A stretch of DNA of 64,000 bases from a virus, in the IMG/VR virus record IMGVR_UViG_3300020469_000010; one strand, given 5' to 3'. Both the position numbers and the translations under genes were made by a program. Below, piece by piece: positions 16,995 through 27,435 of the stretch. Each line of letters begins with the position of its first letter. Position 1 is the stretch's first letter. The notes under the pieces are model-generated. The model was not told the origin of the DNA, ran no database searches, and saw nothing but the letters and a program-made list of their open reading frames with translations.

Positions 16995-18557
16995 TTAGAA
17001 ACCTATTTCGTCTGGACCTAGACCATCATAATCATCATAATATACGGGTTCAACTTCATTAAAACTTAGTGACATTTCATAGGATGTCATAGTTCTTGCT
17101 GAATCATCAAAAGTCATATAACTGCCATCAGGAACATAATTAACACTACAAGCAACTAAAGCACATACTTTTGCCCTTCCAATTGATTTATGATCAGAAT
17201 CTGGAGATGCTCCTCCTTTATGATATGTAATTTTAAATAAATTTGGTGCCAGTAAGAAGAAAAGTGATTTTTCTTTTCTTACTGACATTGCTTGTTTAAA
17301 TGTTCTAATTATTTGCCTTACCATCGTTGCTTCACCTTCACTTCTTGGAGAAAGTCTAAAAGTAAAACTAAACTTTCTTAATTCTGGGTTGTTGAATAAT
17401 AAAGTCAAGTTTGGGTTAACAATTGCTCCACCAGTCCTACTTAATAAACCAGTAGCACCTGCAGCTTTCCCTGCCATATATGTTGTTAATGCCTTTGATA
17501 ATGTTTGATTATTTTCCTTTAGAAAATCTGTTGCTCCTTCAAATGTTGCTTCAGTTCCTTTTTTATCACCTTTAATCAAATTCGTTCCAAGACCAAAAGC
17601 GAGCGCTTGAATTGGATTCAATCTGTCTCCACCCCAACCAACAGTGCTGTTATCCACTATACCTTGTATAGGTAAATAAATTGGAGGACCATCACCACTT
17701 CCTAAATTATCAAAATTACGTTCCAGGGTAGCCAGTCCCGATTGTGCAATTTTAAGTTCTTCAGGTTTATACCTAAAAGTAATAAACTTCATATAATCCT
17801 GACCAAGTTGAGTTAATTCTTGTGGATAAAATAATCCACCTCCAGCAGGACCCCCAGATGCCGCAGGACCTGGTAAACTTGCACTAGACTTATCATTAAA
17901 ACTTGAATTTATCTGAGAATCTCCAGAACTTTGTGGTCCACCTCCACTAGAAGATCCTCCTCCTCCATCAACATCCGATGCTGTAACGGGTGGAGAACTA
18001 GCATCTGGTGTAGAAGAACCTTCCGGAATTTCTGCTCCAGGTTCTCCAGTTGGTGCCGATGTTTTTGTGTCTGGAGAATCTGTTCCTCCATCACCGACAA
18101 AAGCAGCCGCTTCATTGGAAGCATTAGCAACTTGAGTTTTTTCTGCAATAGATGCTGATTCTTGAAATAATTTCTGAGCTGTATCTAAAAATTGTTGTGT
18201 CCCAGATCTACTATTGGGGATATACATTCCTGTTGCAATGAAGTTTTTTGCTTCATTATCACTTTTATAATTACGACTTTTTAACTTACCGTTTGCTTTT
18301 AAAATGGTAAAAATAGTATTTTCTGGATTATCAGTTGGTATTACCCTTTTATCAAATTTTCCTGTTTGTTTTGAAAAACCCTTTAACGAATATAATTCTA
18401 CTTCTGCATCAGAAAGTATTACAGTTAATTTTGACTGTCCTGTAGAACTTTCTGTTTGTACCGTGGCATTAAAATTCAATTCCCCTTTTTGATCAGTAAT
18501 ATCTGCAGGGTTTGTTGGAGCAAATGATACGGTTATATTTTCTACCTGTAATGACAT
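16995..18557 (-). CDS. gp48: Baseplate tail-tube cap gp48
   Basis: NPNLTLLF..PELRKFSFTFRLSPRSE.EA..V..II..FK; LSFNEVEP. Confidence 0.82.
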   Translation of the reverse strand: MSLQVENITVSFAPTNPADITDQKGELNFNATVQTESSTGQSKLTVILSDAEVELYSLKGFSKQTGKFDKRVIPTDNPENTIFTILKANGKLKSRNYKSDNEAKNFIATGMYIPNSRSGTQQFLDTAQKLFQESASIAEKTQVANASNEAAAFVGDGGTDSPDTKTSAPTGEPGAEIPEGSSTPDASSPPVTASDVDGGGGSSSGGGPQSSGDSQINSSFNDKSSASLPGPAASGGPAGGGLFYPQELTQLGQDYMKFITFRYKPEELKIAQSGLATLERNFDNLGSGDGPPIYLPIQGIVDNSTVGWGGDRLNPIQALAFGLGTNLIKGDKKGTEATFEGATDFLKENNQTLSKALTTYMAGKAAGATGLLSRTGGAIVNPNLTLLFNNPELRKFSFTFRLSPRSEGEATMVRQIIRTFKQAMSVRKEKSLFFLLAPNLFKITYHKGGASPDSDHKSIGRAKVCALVACSVNYVPDGSYMTFDDSARTMTSYEMSLSFNEVEPVYYDDYDGLGPDEIGF

Positions 18558-18576
18558 TGATTCATTTACTTTCCGT

Positions 18577-18924
18577 CTAGTTATTTAGGATGATTTTTTG
18601 ATAAGGTAATGATCTTAAATATGATATTTCATCATTAGAAATAAAATGAAGTTTTCCAATAATTTCTCTCCAAGTATATCTTCTTGATGAACTGAGATGA
18701 AAATTTATTCCAGTAAATCCCCACTGATAAACTCCAGTGCAAGCAATTAGTGGATGTTGATCATACATTATATTGGGTGTTTTTGCCATATAGACAAAGG
18801 TGTAATAATTTCCTGCCTCTGGAACAAATTCAGATTCTGTAAATACCTCAAGAATTGCTTCCATATAATCGTCAGGATCAGAAAGTGTAACAACTTTTGA
18901 TTCTAATGCCTCAGCACGACTCAT
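18577..18924 (-). CDS. Putative DNA end protector (gp2-like)
   Basis: YYTFVY.AKT....YDQHPLI...GFTGINFH; position next to gp4. Confidence 0.55.
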   Translation of the reverse strand: MSRAEALESKVVTLSDPDDYMEAILEVFTESEFVPEAGNYYTFVYMAKTPNIMYDQHPLIACTGVYQWGFTGINFHLSSSRRYTWREIIGKLHFISNDEISYLRSLPYQKIILNN

Positions 18925-19370
18925 CTTTTGATACCCAGTTCGTTTTCTGTTATGATCTTAAATTCAAGTAAACGATCAGCACAAAATTCTGATGCTGCTT
19001 TCCACTTTGCTTGATTGACTGCATAAGTCTTAACTTCATATAACCAAGACTTAGTTTTGCGTTTTGGTTTAGGATTTGGTTGTTGTGTTTGCTTATGTGG
19101 TTTTACTTCAATCACATACTTTTTAATTGATCCATTCTTTTCACGAACCTTAATGAAAAAGTCTGGGAAGTATTTGTGAACTCGATTATCAACGGGAGAA
19201 CGATAAGGAATCCAGAACTCTTCACTTCCCCACTCTAAAATATTTTCATTTTTGTCACACCAGACGCAGAATCTTCTCTCCCAACTACTACGGCAAATAA
19301 TATTATTAATATCCCCAATATATTTTTGAGGATTTGTTGGTTTGTATATACTTTTATTAGTTTCTCTCAT
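18921..19370 (-). CDS. gp4: Head completion nuclease gp4
   Basis: P.KY.GD...I..RSSWE, WGSEE..IPY, YFPDF, EVKP, VNQAKWKAA. Confidence 0.92.
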   Translation of the reverse strand: MRETNKSIYKPTNPQKYIGDINNIICRSSWERRFCVWCDKNENILEWGSEEFWIPYRSPVDNRVHKYFPDFFIKVREKNGSIKKYVIEVKPHKQTQQPNPKPKRKTKSWLYEVKTYAVNQAKWKAASEFCADRLLEFKIITENELGIKR

Positions 19371-19400
19371 CCCTTATACATAGTATAGCAAAGGTATACT

Positions 19401-19408
19401 TATTTATA
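19401..19408 (-). promoter_or_regulatory. T4-type late promoter for gp4 operon
   Basis: TATAAATA on minus strand 30 nt upstream of gp4. Confidence 0.75.
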
Positions 19409-19409
19409 G

Positions 19410-20228
19410 ATGGCTGCACCAAAAGGAACGTCAAGACTTATGTCTGAGCTTAAATCTCGGATAATGACACCAGCAACAACATCTCATTATGAGGTATATT
19501 TTCAAGCTCCCTCACTAGTGAAGGATACTATTAATGGATCAAAATATAAGTTACAAATAAATTCAGATACTCAAATATTAATTAACCTTTCATGTACTGA
19601 TACCACACTTCCTGGATCATCTTTTATGACACATGAAATAACAAATGATGTTCAAGGTGTTACTGAACAACATGTTTACAGACGTTCTTATGATAATCGA
19701 ATGGATTTTACCTTTATGGTAGATAGAAATTATACAATACTTAGATTTTTTGAAGGATGGATGGCATCTATAACTAATGAAGATGAAAATGGTTTTGATC
19801 CAGAAGATAAATCTACAAGATATTTGGTTAAGTTCCCAAAGGATTATCAAGCAGATTATATAAGTATAACTAAATTTGAAAAAGATGTTGGTAGACCTGA
19901 TGAACAAACACAATTACAATATACACTTATTGGTGCATATCCAATTGCTATAAATTCAACTCCTATTACTTATGATTCTTCTAACATATTAAAAACAACT
20001 GTTAGTATGGCTTTTATACGATATGTAGTTCACAGTCTTGGATCTACATCTCCGCAAAAAATTGATCCACTTACTAATGCAGATATAGTTGGACAATCTC
20101 AGATTGGTCCAAATCAAACTAAAACTGAATTTTTATTACCTAATGGTAATATTGTTGAACAAATATCATCTTTCGGATCTACTATTGCTACGGTCTCAGA
20201 TACAACTTCAAATAAAGGTTTTAGATAA
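19410..20228 (+). CDS. Baseplate tail-tube initiator (gp54/gp19-like)
   Basis: LSC..TTLPG, FTFMVD...FFEGW, AYPIAI...YD motifs; synteny. Confidence 0.65.
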   Translation: MAAPKGTSRLMSELKSRIMTPATTSHYEVYFQAPSLVKDTINGSKYKLQINSDTQILINLSCTDTTLPGSSFMTHEITNDVQGVTEQHVYRRSYDNRMDFTFMVDRNYTILRFFEGWMASITNEDENGFDPEDKSTRYLVKFPKDYQADYISITKFEKDVGRPDEQTQLQYTLIGAYPIAINSTPITYDSSNILKTTVSMAFIRYVVHSLGSTSPQKIDPLTNADIVGQSQIGPNQTKTEFLLPNGNIVEQISSFGSTIATVSDTTSNKGFR

Positions 20229-20276
20229 ATTATAAGTTGTATATTTTACCTAAATACATCACTGAGTTGAATATTC

Positions 20277-20993
20277 ATGCCATTACCAAAGATTTCTACA
20301 CCAACATTTGAGTTGGAATTGCCGTCAACAGGACAGACGATTAAGTATAGACCATTTCTAGTAAAAGAAGAAAAAGTTTTACTTTTTGCCCTAGAATCTG
20401 AAAATACAAAACAAATTACAAATGCAGTTAAAACAGTAATTAAAAATTGCATTTCTACAAAAGGAATTAAAGTAGAAGACCTCCCAACATTTGATATCGA
20501 GTATTTATTTTTAAATATTCGTGGAAAATCTGTTGGTGAAGAACTAGATGTTAATCTTATTTGTCCTGATGATGGACAAACTAGTGTTCCTGTAAAAATT
20601 AATGTTGAAGATATTGAAGTTCAAAAACCAGAAGGGCATACCACTCAGATTAAAGTAACTGATGAAGTTATGCTTGAAATGAAATACCCATCACTAAATC
20701 AATTCATTAAAGAAAACTTTCAAGCAGAAGGTAATGATGCTGAAAAATCTTTCGATATGATTGCATCATGTGTTTCTCAAGTTTTTACAGAAGATGAAGT
20801 TTGGACTGCTGAAGATTGCACGAAGAAAGAAATTGTTGAATTTTTAGAGCAAATGAACTCTACTCAATTCAGAAAAATTGAAAAATTCTTTGCTACAATG
20901 CCTAAATTATCACATACAATAAGTATTAAAAATCCTAATACTAATATCGAAAGTGAAGTTGTACTTGAGGGACTTGCATCTTTTTTCGCATAG
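20277..20993 (+). CDS. gp26: Baseplate hub assembly protein gp26
   Basis: MPLPKI.TP.FELELPS...YRPFLVKEEK; FDIEYLFL.IRGKSVGE; LEGLASFF. Confidence 0.9.
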   Translation: MPLPKISTPTFELELPSTGQTIKYRPFLVKEEKVLLFALESENTKQITNAVKTVIKNCISTKGIKVEDLPTFDIEYLFLNIRGKSVGEELDVNLICPDDGQTSVPVKINVEDIEVQKPEGHTTQIKVTDEVMLEMKYPSLNQFIKENFQAEGNDAEKSFDMIASCVSQVFTEDEVWTAEDCTKKEIVEFLEQMNSTQFRKIEKFFATMPKLSHTISIKNPNTNIESEVVLEGLASFFA

Positions 20994-20995
20994 GC

Positions 20996-21172
20996 ATGAT
21001 CCATATGGATCTTGAAAACTATTTCAAACTAAATTTTGCCTTGATGCAGTATCATAAATATTCATTGACGGAAATTGAAAATATGATGCCTATTGAAAGA
21101 GATATCTATGTTATGTTGTTACAACAGCATTTAGAAGAAGAGAAACTTAAACAACAGGCAGCAAATGGTTGA
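20996..21172 (+). CDS. gp51: Baseplate hub assembly catalyst gp51-like (58 aa, not in ORF track)
   Basis: MIHMDLENYFKLNFALMQYHKYSLTEIENMMPIERDIYVMLLQQHLEEEK; in -1 frame relative to gp26. Confidence 0.8.
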   Translation: MIHMDLENYFKLNFALMQYHKYSLTEIENMMPIERDIYVMLLQQHLEEEKLKQQAANG

Positions 21173-24100
21173 TCTAGACGAGTTACTTCAAAGTATACGA
21201 GATGAAGGTAAGAGAGAGCAAGCTCTAACTGTATATGAAGGAACTCGTCAAGATGATCTTGTAGATGAAGAAATAGACGAAAGGATCTTAAGACTTCTTG
21301 GATTAGAAGAAGTTTTTGACATTGATTACTCAACATATTTGACTCTCCTAAAGGAGAAAATGGCTGCTGGTAGAATGTCTTCCAGCAAATTAGCAACAGA
21401 AGAAACTGAACTACTTACTGACGAATTTAAAAGAGTAAAGAGAAAAGTTGGAAGATTTACTATTAAGAAGACGACAGTAGATAATCCAAATATTACTCCA
21501 ATAAGAGCAAAAAATTTTATATCACCAAGTAATTTAGGATCGGCAAATCAATTAGAACCTGCTGTTGACGAACCTAAAAAAGAAAATCAAGCAAAAAATT
21601 TAGATTATCTACTTCAGATTACTGAGTCATTAAGATCTATACAAGATATCTTAAAAAATCAGAGTAAAGTTAATAGTGATATTAGAGAATCTGAAAGGAA
21701 GCAATTAGAAAAAGAAAGGAGAAAAACTAGAGAACAAAATAGAGAGAAAAAGAAAAAATCTGGAAATTTCCTTAAAAACCTTAAGGATTCATTACCAAAA
21801 CTCGGTGTTTTTGGTATGATTGGTAATTTCATTAAAAATGTTCTTCTAGGAAAAGCAATATTTTCATTATTACAATGGATGTCTGATCCAGATAATAAGA
21901 AAAAACTTGAAGCAATTGGAAATTTCTTAAAAGATTGGTGGCCAGCACTTACTGCTGCAGTTTTAATGTTTGTAACACCTTTAGGTGTATTTGTTAAGGG
22001 GATGGTTTCAAGTCTTGTTGGTCTTACTACATTCTTATTGGGAAAGACTGCAGGATTATTAAAATTAGCCGCAGCAAATCCGATCGCAACTGCTGCGTTA
22101 CTTACAGCTGGTGCTGGTATTGCTTTAGCACTTAGATCTAAAGATGGCACTGAACAGCAACTAGAAGATAAAGGTATGACTGATGCTACTCCAAAGGAGA
22201 AAGCAGATGAACTATCAAAACCTTTTAGTATTATGGAAACATTTACTAGAGGTATTCTACCTTCTTTAAATGATGAATCAAAAGTAGAAGGTCGTTCTGG
22301 TGGTGGTTTAGTAGGATTTAGTGGTGGTGGTCATGCTCTAGCATCTGGAACTGATACTGTTCCTGCTATGCTTACTCCTGGTGAATTTGTTATGAGTAAA
22401 GGTGCTGTTGATAAAATAGGTGCCAATAACTTAATGAAAATGAATGCTGATGGTGGTGGAACAAATGAACCAAAATATATCAATAACACTACATATGCTG
22501 CTGGTGGTGGTCTTGTAGATGCATTTAGTTTTCTTCCAGGAACTGGTACTGTAATGGCACCAAGAGCATCAAAAGGACAATATGCTGATGAAGGAACAAC
22601 AGTCCAAAAATTTCTTGGAATGGAAATTCCTGGATCAATGAGAAGGTCAAGATATACACCAGAAGATATTGAAAGATATAATAGATTAGACACTGGAGAT
22701 CCGTCAAGACAATTGAGTACATTTGATGCCATGGATAAACGTTATGAGTCTTTGAATGAAATATATGGACAATATGGTCAGGTGCCAACATCAAAGGCAG
22801 TAAAATCTGGAACTAGAGAAGTTCCAATGATTCCTACGAATACTTCTCCACAAACTTCAAACAGTAAATCTAAACCTCCAATGAGTGAAAAGGAGAGAAA
22901 TGATAGATTTATTGGAGAATCATTCAAAAATTTTGGAGATAATGTTAATACCATCAAATCAAGAAATCAAAAGATGGTTGAACAAATGGGTAAACTTGGA
23001 ATTAAACCCGATGGATATGTAAATCCTTTTGGTTCTCCAGTTACTGCAGATGGTAAACCAATAAAAGCAAAAGGATATAGTGGAGGTGGTTTAGGAACTG
23101 ATACTGTTCCTGCTATGCTTACTCCTGGTGAATTTGTCATGAGTAAAGGTGCTGTGAATAAATTTGGTCTTGGCACCATGATGAATATGAATAAAGCAGG
23201 TGGTGGGACAAATAAACCTAAACTTATATCAGGTCAAACTTTTGCCGCTGGGGGTGGTGCTGTACCTGCTGCACCACAAGGACCAAAGATAAGTGATTCT
23301 GATTTTGCAACACTACTTGCAATTACTGCTTTAGAGGATACCAATCCACAGGGTAGAGCAGATGTTGCACAATCACTTTATAATAGATTGTATTCAGTTA
23401 ATAATTACGGAAGTAACTATAATCAATCAAGTAATTCATTAAAAAATATTATAACAGCACAATCTGAAGGTGGTGCTGCTGGTGGTGGGCAATATGAACC
23501 AACATTTGGAAATCCCGATGATTGGAAAAATATTATGGATAAAGAGTCTGCAGCTCGTGCAATTATGAACTCCAAGAAAGGAAGAGACCAAGGATTTACT
23601 ATGGAACTTGCAATGCAGCAACTACTTGACACTGAAAAAGCATTATCAAATCCAGATTTCCAAAAAAATGCAAGAGAGCATGTTCAGGGAAGAACTTATT
23701 TCTTAGGAACTTCTCAGCAAGATAATATGCAAGAGGGTGATGTATTAAGATCACCTGAGCAAAATTTCTTCAGTATGTGGTATGATGAAACATCTCAATA
23801 TGGAAAGGAAAGAGCAAACATTGCTTCACCGATGCCACAGAGACTTATTCAACCTTCAACATTAACACCAACAACACCGGCAATGCCAGCAGGTCCAAAA
23901 GGACTAATGCAATCACTAACTGATGAAGAGGGATTATCTGGTTTTTATATGAAACCAATAAATGCAATCTTGGGTAATAAATCTCAGAATAATGCACCTA
24001 TAGATAAAAATGTAAGATCAAATATTCCAGGACCACCATCTAGATCATCTAAACCTGGCATAATTAATCTTCCTCCGATTCAAGGTGGATCTATGTCTAA

Positions 24101-24212
24101 CAATAGACCAGGAGCAGCTTCTGCAACAACCGAACCAATGTTCCCAACAGTTTCAAAATTATCTGCACAAACTCGTAGAAGAAAAGTTGATACTTACGGA
24201 GTTGGAAGATAA
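21165..24212 (+). CDS. Tape-measure-like virion protein with C-terminal cell-wall hydrolase (SleB-like) domain
   Basis: Coiled coil, hydrophobic helices, duplicated GTDTVPAMLTPGEFVM module, ALEDTNPQGRADVAQSLYNR...GQYEP. Confidence 0.6.
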   Translation: MVDLDELLQSIRDEGKREQALTVYEGTRQDDLVDEEIDERILRLLGLEEVFDIDYSTYLTLLKEKMAAGRMSSSKLATEETELLTDEFKRVKRKVGRFTIKKTTVDNPNITPIRAKNFISPSNLGSANQLEPAVDEPKKENQAKNLDYLLQITESLRSIQDILKNQSKVNSDIRESERKQLEKERRKTREQNREKKKKSGNFLKNLKDSLPKLGVFGMIGNFIKNVLLGKAIFSLLQWMSDPDNKKKLEAIGNFLKDWWPALTAAVLMFVTPLGVFVKGMVSSLVGLTTFLLGKTAGLLKLAAANPIATAALLTAGAGIALALRSKDGTEQQLEDKGMTDATPKEKADELSKPFSIMETFTRGILPSLNDESKVEGRSGGGLVGFSGGGHALASGTDTVPAMLTPGEFVMSKGAVDKIGANNLMKMNADGGGTNEPKYINNTTYAAGGGLVDAFSFLPGTGTVMAPRASKGQYADEGTTVQKFLGMEIPGSMRRSRYTPEDIERYNRLDTGDPSRQLSTFDAMDKRYESLNEIYGQYGQVPTSKAVKSGTREVPMIPTNTSPQTSNSKSKPPMSEKERNDRFIGESFKNFGDNVNTIKSRNQKMVEQMGKLGIKPDGYVNPFGSPVTADGKPIKAKGYSGGGLGTDTVPAMLTPGEFVMSKGAVNKFGLGTMMNMNKAGGGTNKPKLISGQTFAAGGGAVPAAPQGPKISDSDFATLLAITALEDTNPQGRADVAQSLYNRLYSVNNYGSNYNQSSNSLKNIITAQSEGGAAGGGQYEPTFGNPDDWKNIMDKESAARAIMNSKKGRDQGFTMELAMQQLLDTEKALSNPDFQKNAREHVQGRTYFLGTSQQDNMQEGDVLRSPEQNFFSMWYDETSQYGKERANIASPMPQRLIQPSTLTPTTPAMPAGPKGLMQSLTDEEGLSGFYMKPINAILGNKSQNNAPIDKNVRSNIPGPPSRSSKPGIINLPPIQGGSMSNNRPGAASATTEPMFPTVSKLSAQTRRRKVDTYGVGR
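22347..23155 (+). repeat. 62-bp direct repeat (22347-22408 and 23094-23155)
   Basis: ggaactgatactgttcctgctatgcttactcctggtgaatttgtYatgagtaaaggtgctgt, one mismatch. Confidence 0.9.
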
Positions 24213-27200
24213 TGGCATTAGGATTACTAGCAACAGGATCAAGAGCATTTGCTGGACAGATGGTTAAGTCCACTGGTAAAAAAGTTGTAGCTTCTAAGGT
24301 TTTTAATAGAAAATCTAAGAAAAAGACTCAAAACGATTCTGAGGAAGGATCTTCTTCTTCCCAATCTTCTTCTAGTATAGTTTATCGATCAAATAGAATC
24401 AATGCCAATAATTTCTCAGTTGATCCGGAAAGTCCTACTTCAACTCAAACAGCAAAAACTGTAAGTTCTGATTCGCAACTGAGAATAATAAGGTCTCAAG
24501 TTATTAGTATCGAAAAAATTCTTAAGAATAATTTAAATAAAGATAAAAAATTTGCAGATAAGAAAAGAAAAATAACAGAGACAGATAAAAGAAACACCAG
24601 AGAAAATGTAAGGGAAAAATTAAATGCTGGTCCAAAAGGTCTTGCATTAGCAAAAAAACTGGTTCCTGGTGATATCGTGTCAGCAATTACCAATTTTATT
24701 GGTAATGTTTTACTTGGAAAATTTTTACTATTCTTACTTGAAAATTATGATAAGTTATTAGAATTTATAAAATTTATTGCACCTGTCACTGATTTTCTTG
24801 GTAATGTAACTGGAGTAATTTTTAATGGGATAGTTTCTCTTATTGAGGGTGCATATGATATAAATGAAGCAATAAGAAAGGAAGTTGAGGGAGTTGGTGG
24901 AGAAGGTGCTTTAGAAGAATATGATAAATTTACTGATGCATTCAAAAAATTTGCTAATATAGCCATAATACTTGCCCTTGTAGGTGTTCCAGGATTTGCT
25001 GGTGGTAAAGGTGGAACCAAAGGACCATTTGCAAAACCAGGAGGAGGAGGCCCAACTACAAGACCAGGACAAGGATTAAGACCAAAAGTAACAACAACTG
25101 ATGGTAAAAGTGGTGGAGCACTTGGCGGCACAAGAGAAGCACTCAGAAAGGCAAATCCACTTAGACAAAAACCAAACATTACTGGTTCTAGAGGTGGTGG
25201 ACCACTTAAAGGCATAGGAGAAAAACTTAGAAAGGCAAATCCACTTAGGCAAAAACCAAACATTACTGGTTCTGGTGGCACAAAACTTGCTTCAAAAATT
25301 TCAAAATTTGGTGGTGGAAGAATACCTATCTTAGGTCCACTTATTACTGGTATTTTTTCATTAATGAATGGTGAACCTATTGGGCAGGCATTATTTAAAG
25401 CTGGTGGTGCTGGACTAGGTGGTTTCCTTGGAACATTTATTCCAATTCCATTCCTCGGTACAATTGTTGGTACTATTATTGGTGAATATATTGGTGATTT
25501 ATTTTATCAAGTATTAACCAAGGGAATTATTGGTGGTTTTGGTAAGAAGTTATCAGCTACTTTTACAAGAATTATTGATACTGGAACTTTAATAAAAGAT
25601 TGGTTCTTTAAAGGACTCGATAATATCAGACATCAAGATGGTGGAATTCTTGGTAATCTTAAAATTGGTATACCATTTACTAAGTATAATGTTCAACTTG
25701 GTGGTTGGGCTGAATTTCTCAATCCCATTGGAAATCCAATTAATAAACTAAAAATTATTAAAGATTCTTTCTTCTCTGAATCCGAACCTGTTAAAACAAA
25801 AAGAATGGATTATGAATCTTTCCTTAGTGATGAAGATATGAAATCGAAAAACCAAGGGAAAAGAGATCAATCTGGATCTGGAAAACAATTGGAACCCGGT
25901 GATCCTCAAAGCGCACAAATTGAAGATAATGAAATGGATTTGTTCCAAAGATTAGTTCTTGCAGAGGCAGGTGGAGAAGGAAAATTGGGTATGGCACTTG
26001 TAGCAAGAAGTGTAATGAACAGAACAGGATTGATACAATCTGGAAAAGCAACCACCGGAACTTTCCTTGCTAATGATGATACAATAACTGGTGTTATCAT
26101 GGGGGAAAATCAGTATCAACCAGTTAGTGATGGTAGTATTGATGGTCCATTTACAGATGCACAAAAACAAAATGCATTGGAAGCAATTGAGTTAGCAAAA
26201 GATCCGGAAAAATTAAAAGCAGCACTAATTGAGGATGGTGTAGATTCTAGTGCCGTAAAAACAATGATAGCATCCACAGGATTTAGAACTGGGAGTGCTT
26301 TTAATGATCCATCACAAAATGTAAATGTTACCAAGTACAAAAATCATTTCTTCAATACTGCAGGAAATACTACTGGTGAACCGCAAGCAGCAAAAATTGA
26401 ATTTAGTGGAACAGATGATTCTGGAGCATATGCAACAGGATTAAAAACTGCACCAAAAGGATATATGGGATCTGGTGATGAGTATCATATTGATACCAAA
26501 ATCAACAAATCTCTTGATATGAAACAAAAAATTGCTTTAGTTGATCAATTGGCAAGAGGATATGCTAGTAGAGGTCGGGAGATGGAATTTTCTAATGATG
26601 CTGTTTCTGGTGAGGTTTACAATCCAAATGCATCTTATCAAGATAAAGTAAAACTTTTAAACAGAGTATTTGGAGCACATTCTCATTCAGTTCATAGTGA
26701 ATTTGATAGTTTAGACTACTATATTCCACAGGTTTCTGATGCAAAAGGTAGATTTGGAGAGAGTGCAGAATCTGCTGAAATTCTGTCACCAACACTTGGT
26801 GGATCTATACTTGAATACCGTGAGGGTGGTGGATATGGAGCATATGTTGTTCAAGTTGATGCCGCTGGAAATGTCCTTTCTAAGACTGGACATGGAGATA
26901 CTAGAACTTCAAAAGCAGGAACTTTTGTATCTTTAAACAAACCTGAGCAAAATTTCGCCAGTATGCGGTATCCAGAACAACAAGAATCACCATCGATGGT
27001 TGTATCTGCAGACGAGGATATGGGTGATCATTATGGACTTGACCTTGATATTAAACCATCAAAAAATGAGATGGCATCTCAACAAATTAAATCTATAGGA
27101 AAAAATCAAGGAACAGGAGCTGAAATTAAAGTTCCCAATGTAGGAACCTTTGTCAGTGGAAGAAACCTTTTTGGTCAAGGAACTGATAAATATTTTGATA

Positions 27201-27433
27201 CTAGTGGTAATAGTATCAGTTCTGAGGACTTCTATGGCAAATTAAATCCTTCTAAATCACAACCCAAAATAGCTAAATCTATACCAAATAAATCCAAAAA
27301 CATTGAAGAATCTGCAAGTTATGAAAGTGATGATGCAAATGTTGTGGTTATGATGCAACCAATCATTTTGCCAAACCTTAATGATGGTGATGATATGTTC
27401 TCTGGTTTATCAATACCCCAATCATATGGATAA
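24212..27433 (+). CDS. Tape-measure-like virion protein with SleB-like hydrolase and possible M23-like peptidase region
   Basis: LVLAEAGGEG..GMALVARSVMNR...QYQPV...HFF; YHID...GGGYGAYV...TGH. Confidence 0.6.
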   Translation: MALGLLATGSRAFAGQMVKSTGKKVVASKVFNRKSKKKTQNDSEEGSSSSQSSSSIVYRSNRINANNFSVDPESPTSTQTAKTVSSDSQLRIIRSQVISIEKILKNNLNKDKKFADKKRKITETDKRNTRENVREKLNAGPKGLALAKKLVPGDIVSAITNFIGNVLLGKFLLFLLENYDKLLEFIKFIAPVTDFLGNVTGVIFNGIVSLIEGAYDINEAIRKEVEGVGGEGALEEYDKFTDAFKKFANIAIILALVGVPGFAGGKGGTKGPFAKPGGGGPTTRPGQGLRPKVTTTDGKSGGALGGTREALRKANPLRQKPNITGSRGGGPLKGIGEKLRKANPLRQKPNITGSGGTKLASKISKFGGGRIPILGPLITGIFSLMNGEPIGQALFKAGGAGLGGFLGTFIPIPFLGTIVGTIIGEYIGDLFYQVLTKGIIGGFGKKLSATFTRIIDTGTLIKDWFFKGLDNIRHQDGGILGNLKIGIPFTKYNVQLGGWAEFLNPIGNPINKLKIIKDSFFSESEPVKTKRMDYESFLSDEDMKSKNQGKRDQSGSGKQLEPGDPQSAQIEDNEMDLFQRLVLAEAGGEGKLGMALVARSVMNRTGLIQSGKATTGTFLANDDTITGVIMGENQYQPVSDGSIDGPFTDAQKQNALEAIELAKDPEKLKAALIEDGVDSSAVKTMIASTGFRTGSAFNDPSQNVNVTKYKNHFFNTAGNTTGEPQAAKIEFSGTDDSGAYATGLKTAPKGYMGSGDEYHIDTKINKSLDMKQKIALVDQLARGYASRGREMEFSNDAVSGEVYNPNASYQDKVKLLNRVFGAHSHSVHSEFDSLDYYIPQVSDAKGRFGESAESAEILSPTLGGSILEYREGGGYGAYVVQVDAAGNVLSKTGHGDTRTSKAGTFVSLNKPEQNFASMRYPEQQESPSMVVSADEDMGDHYGLDLDIKPSKNEMASQQIKSIGKNQGTGAEIKVPNVGTFVSGRNLFGQGTDKYFDTSGNSISSEDFYGKLNPSKSQPKIAKSIPNKSKNIEESASYESDDANVVVMMQPIILPNLNDGDDMFSGLSIPQSYG
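25145..25273 (+). repeat. 45-bp direct repeat (25145-25189 and 25229-25273)
   Basis: Encodes RKANPLRQKPNITGS twice; one mismatch. Confidence 0.9.
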
Positions 27434-27435
27434 TA

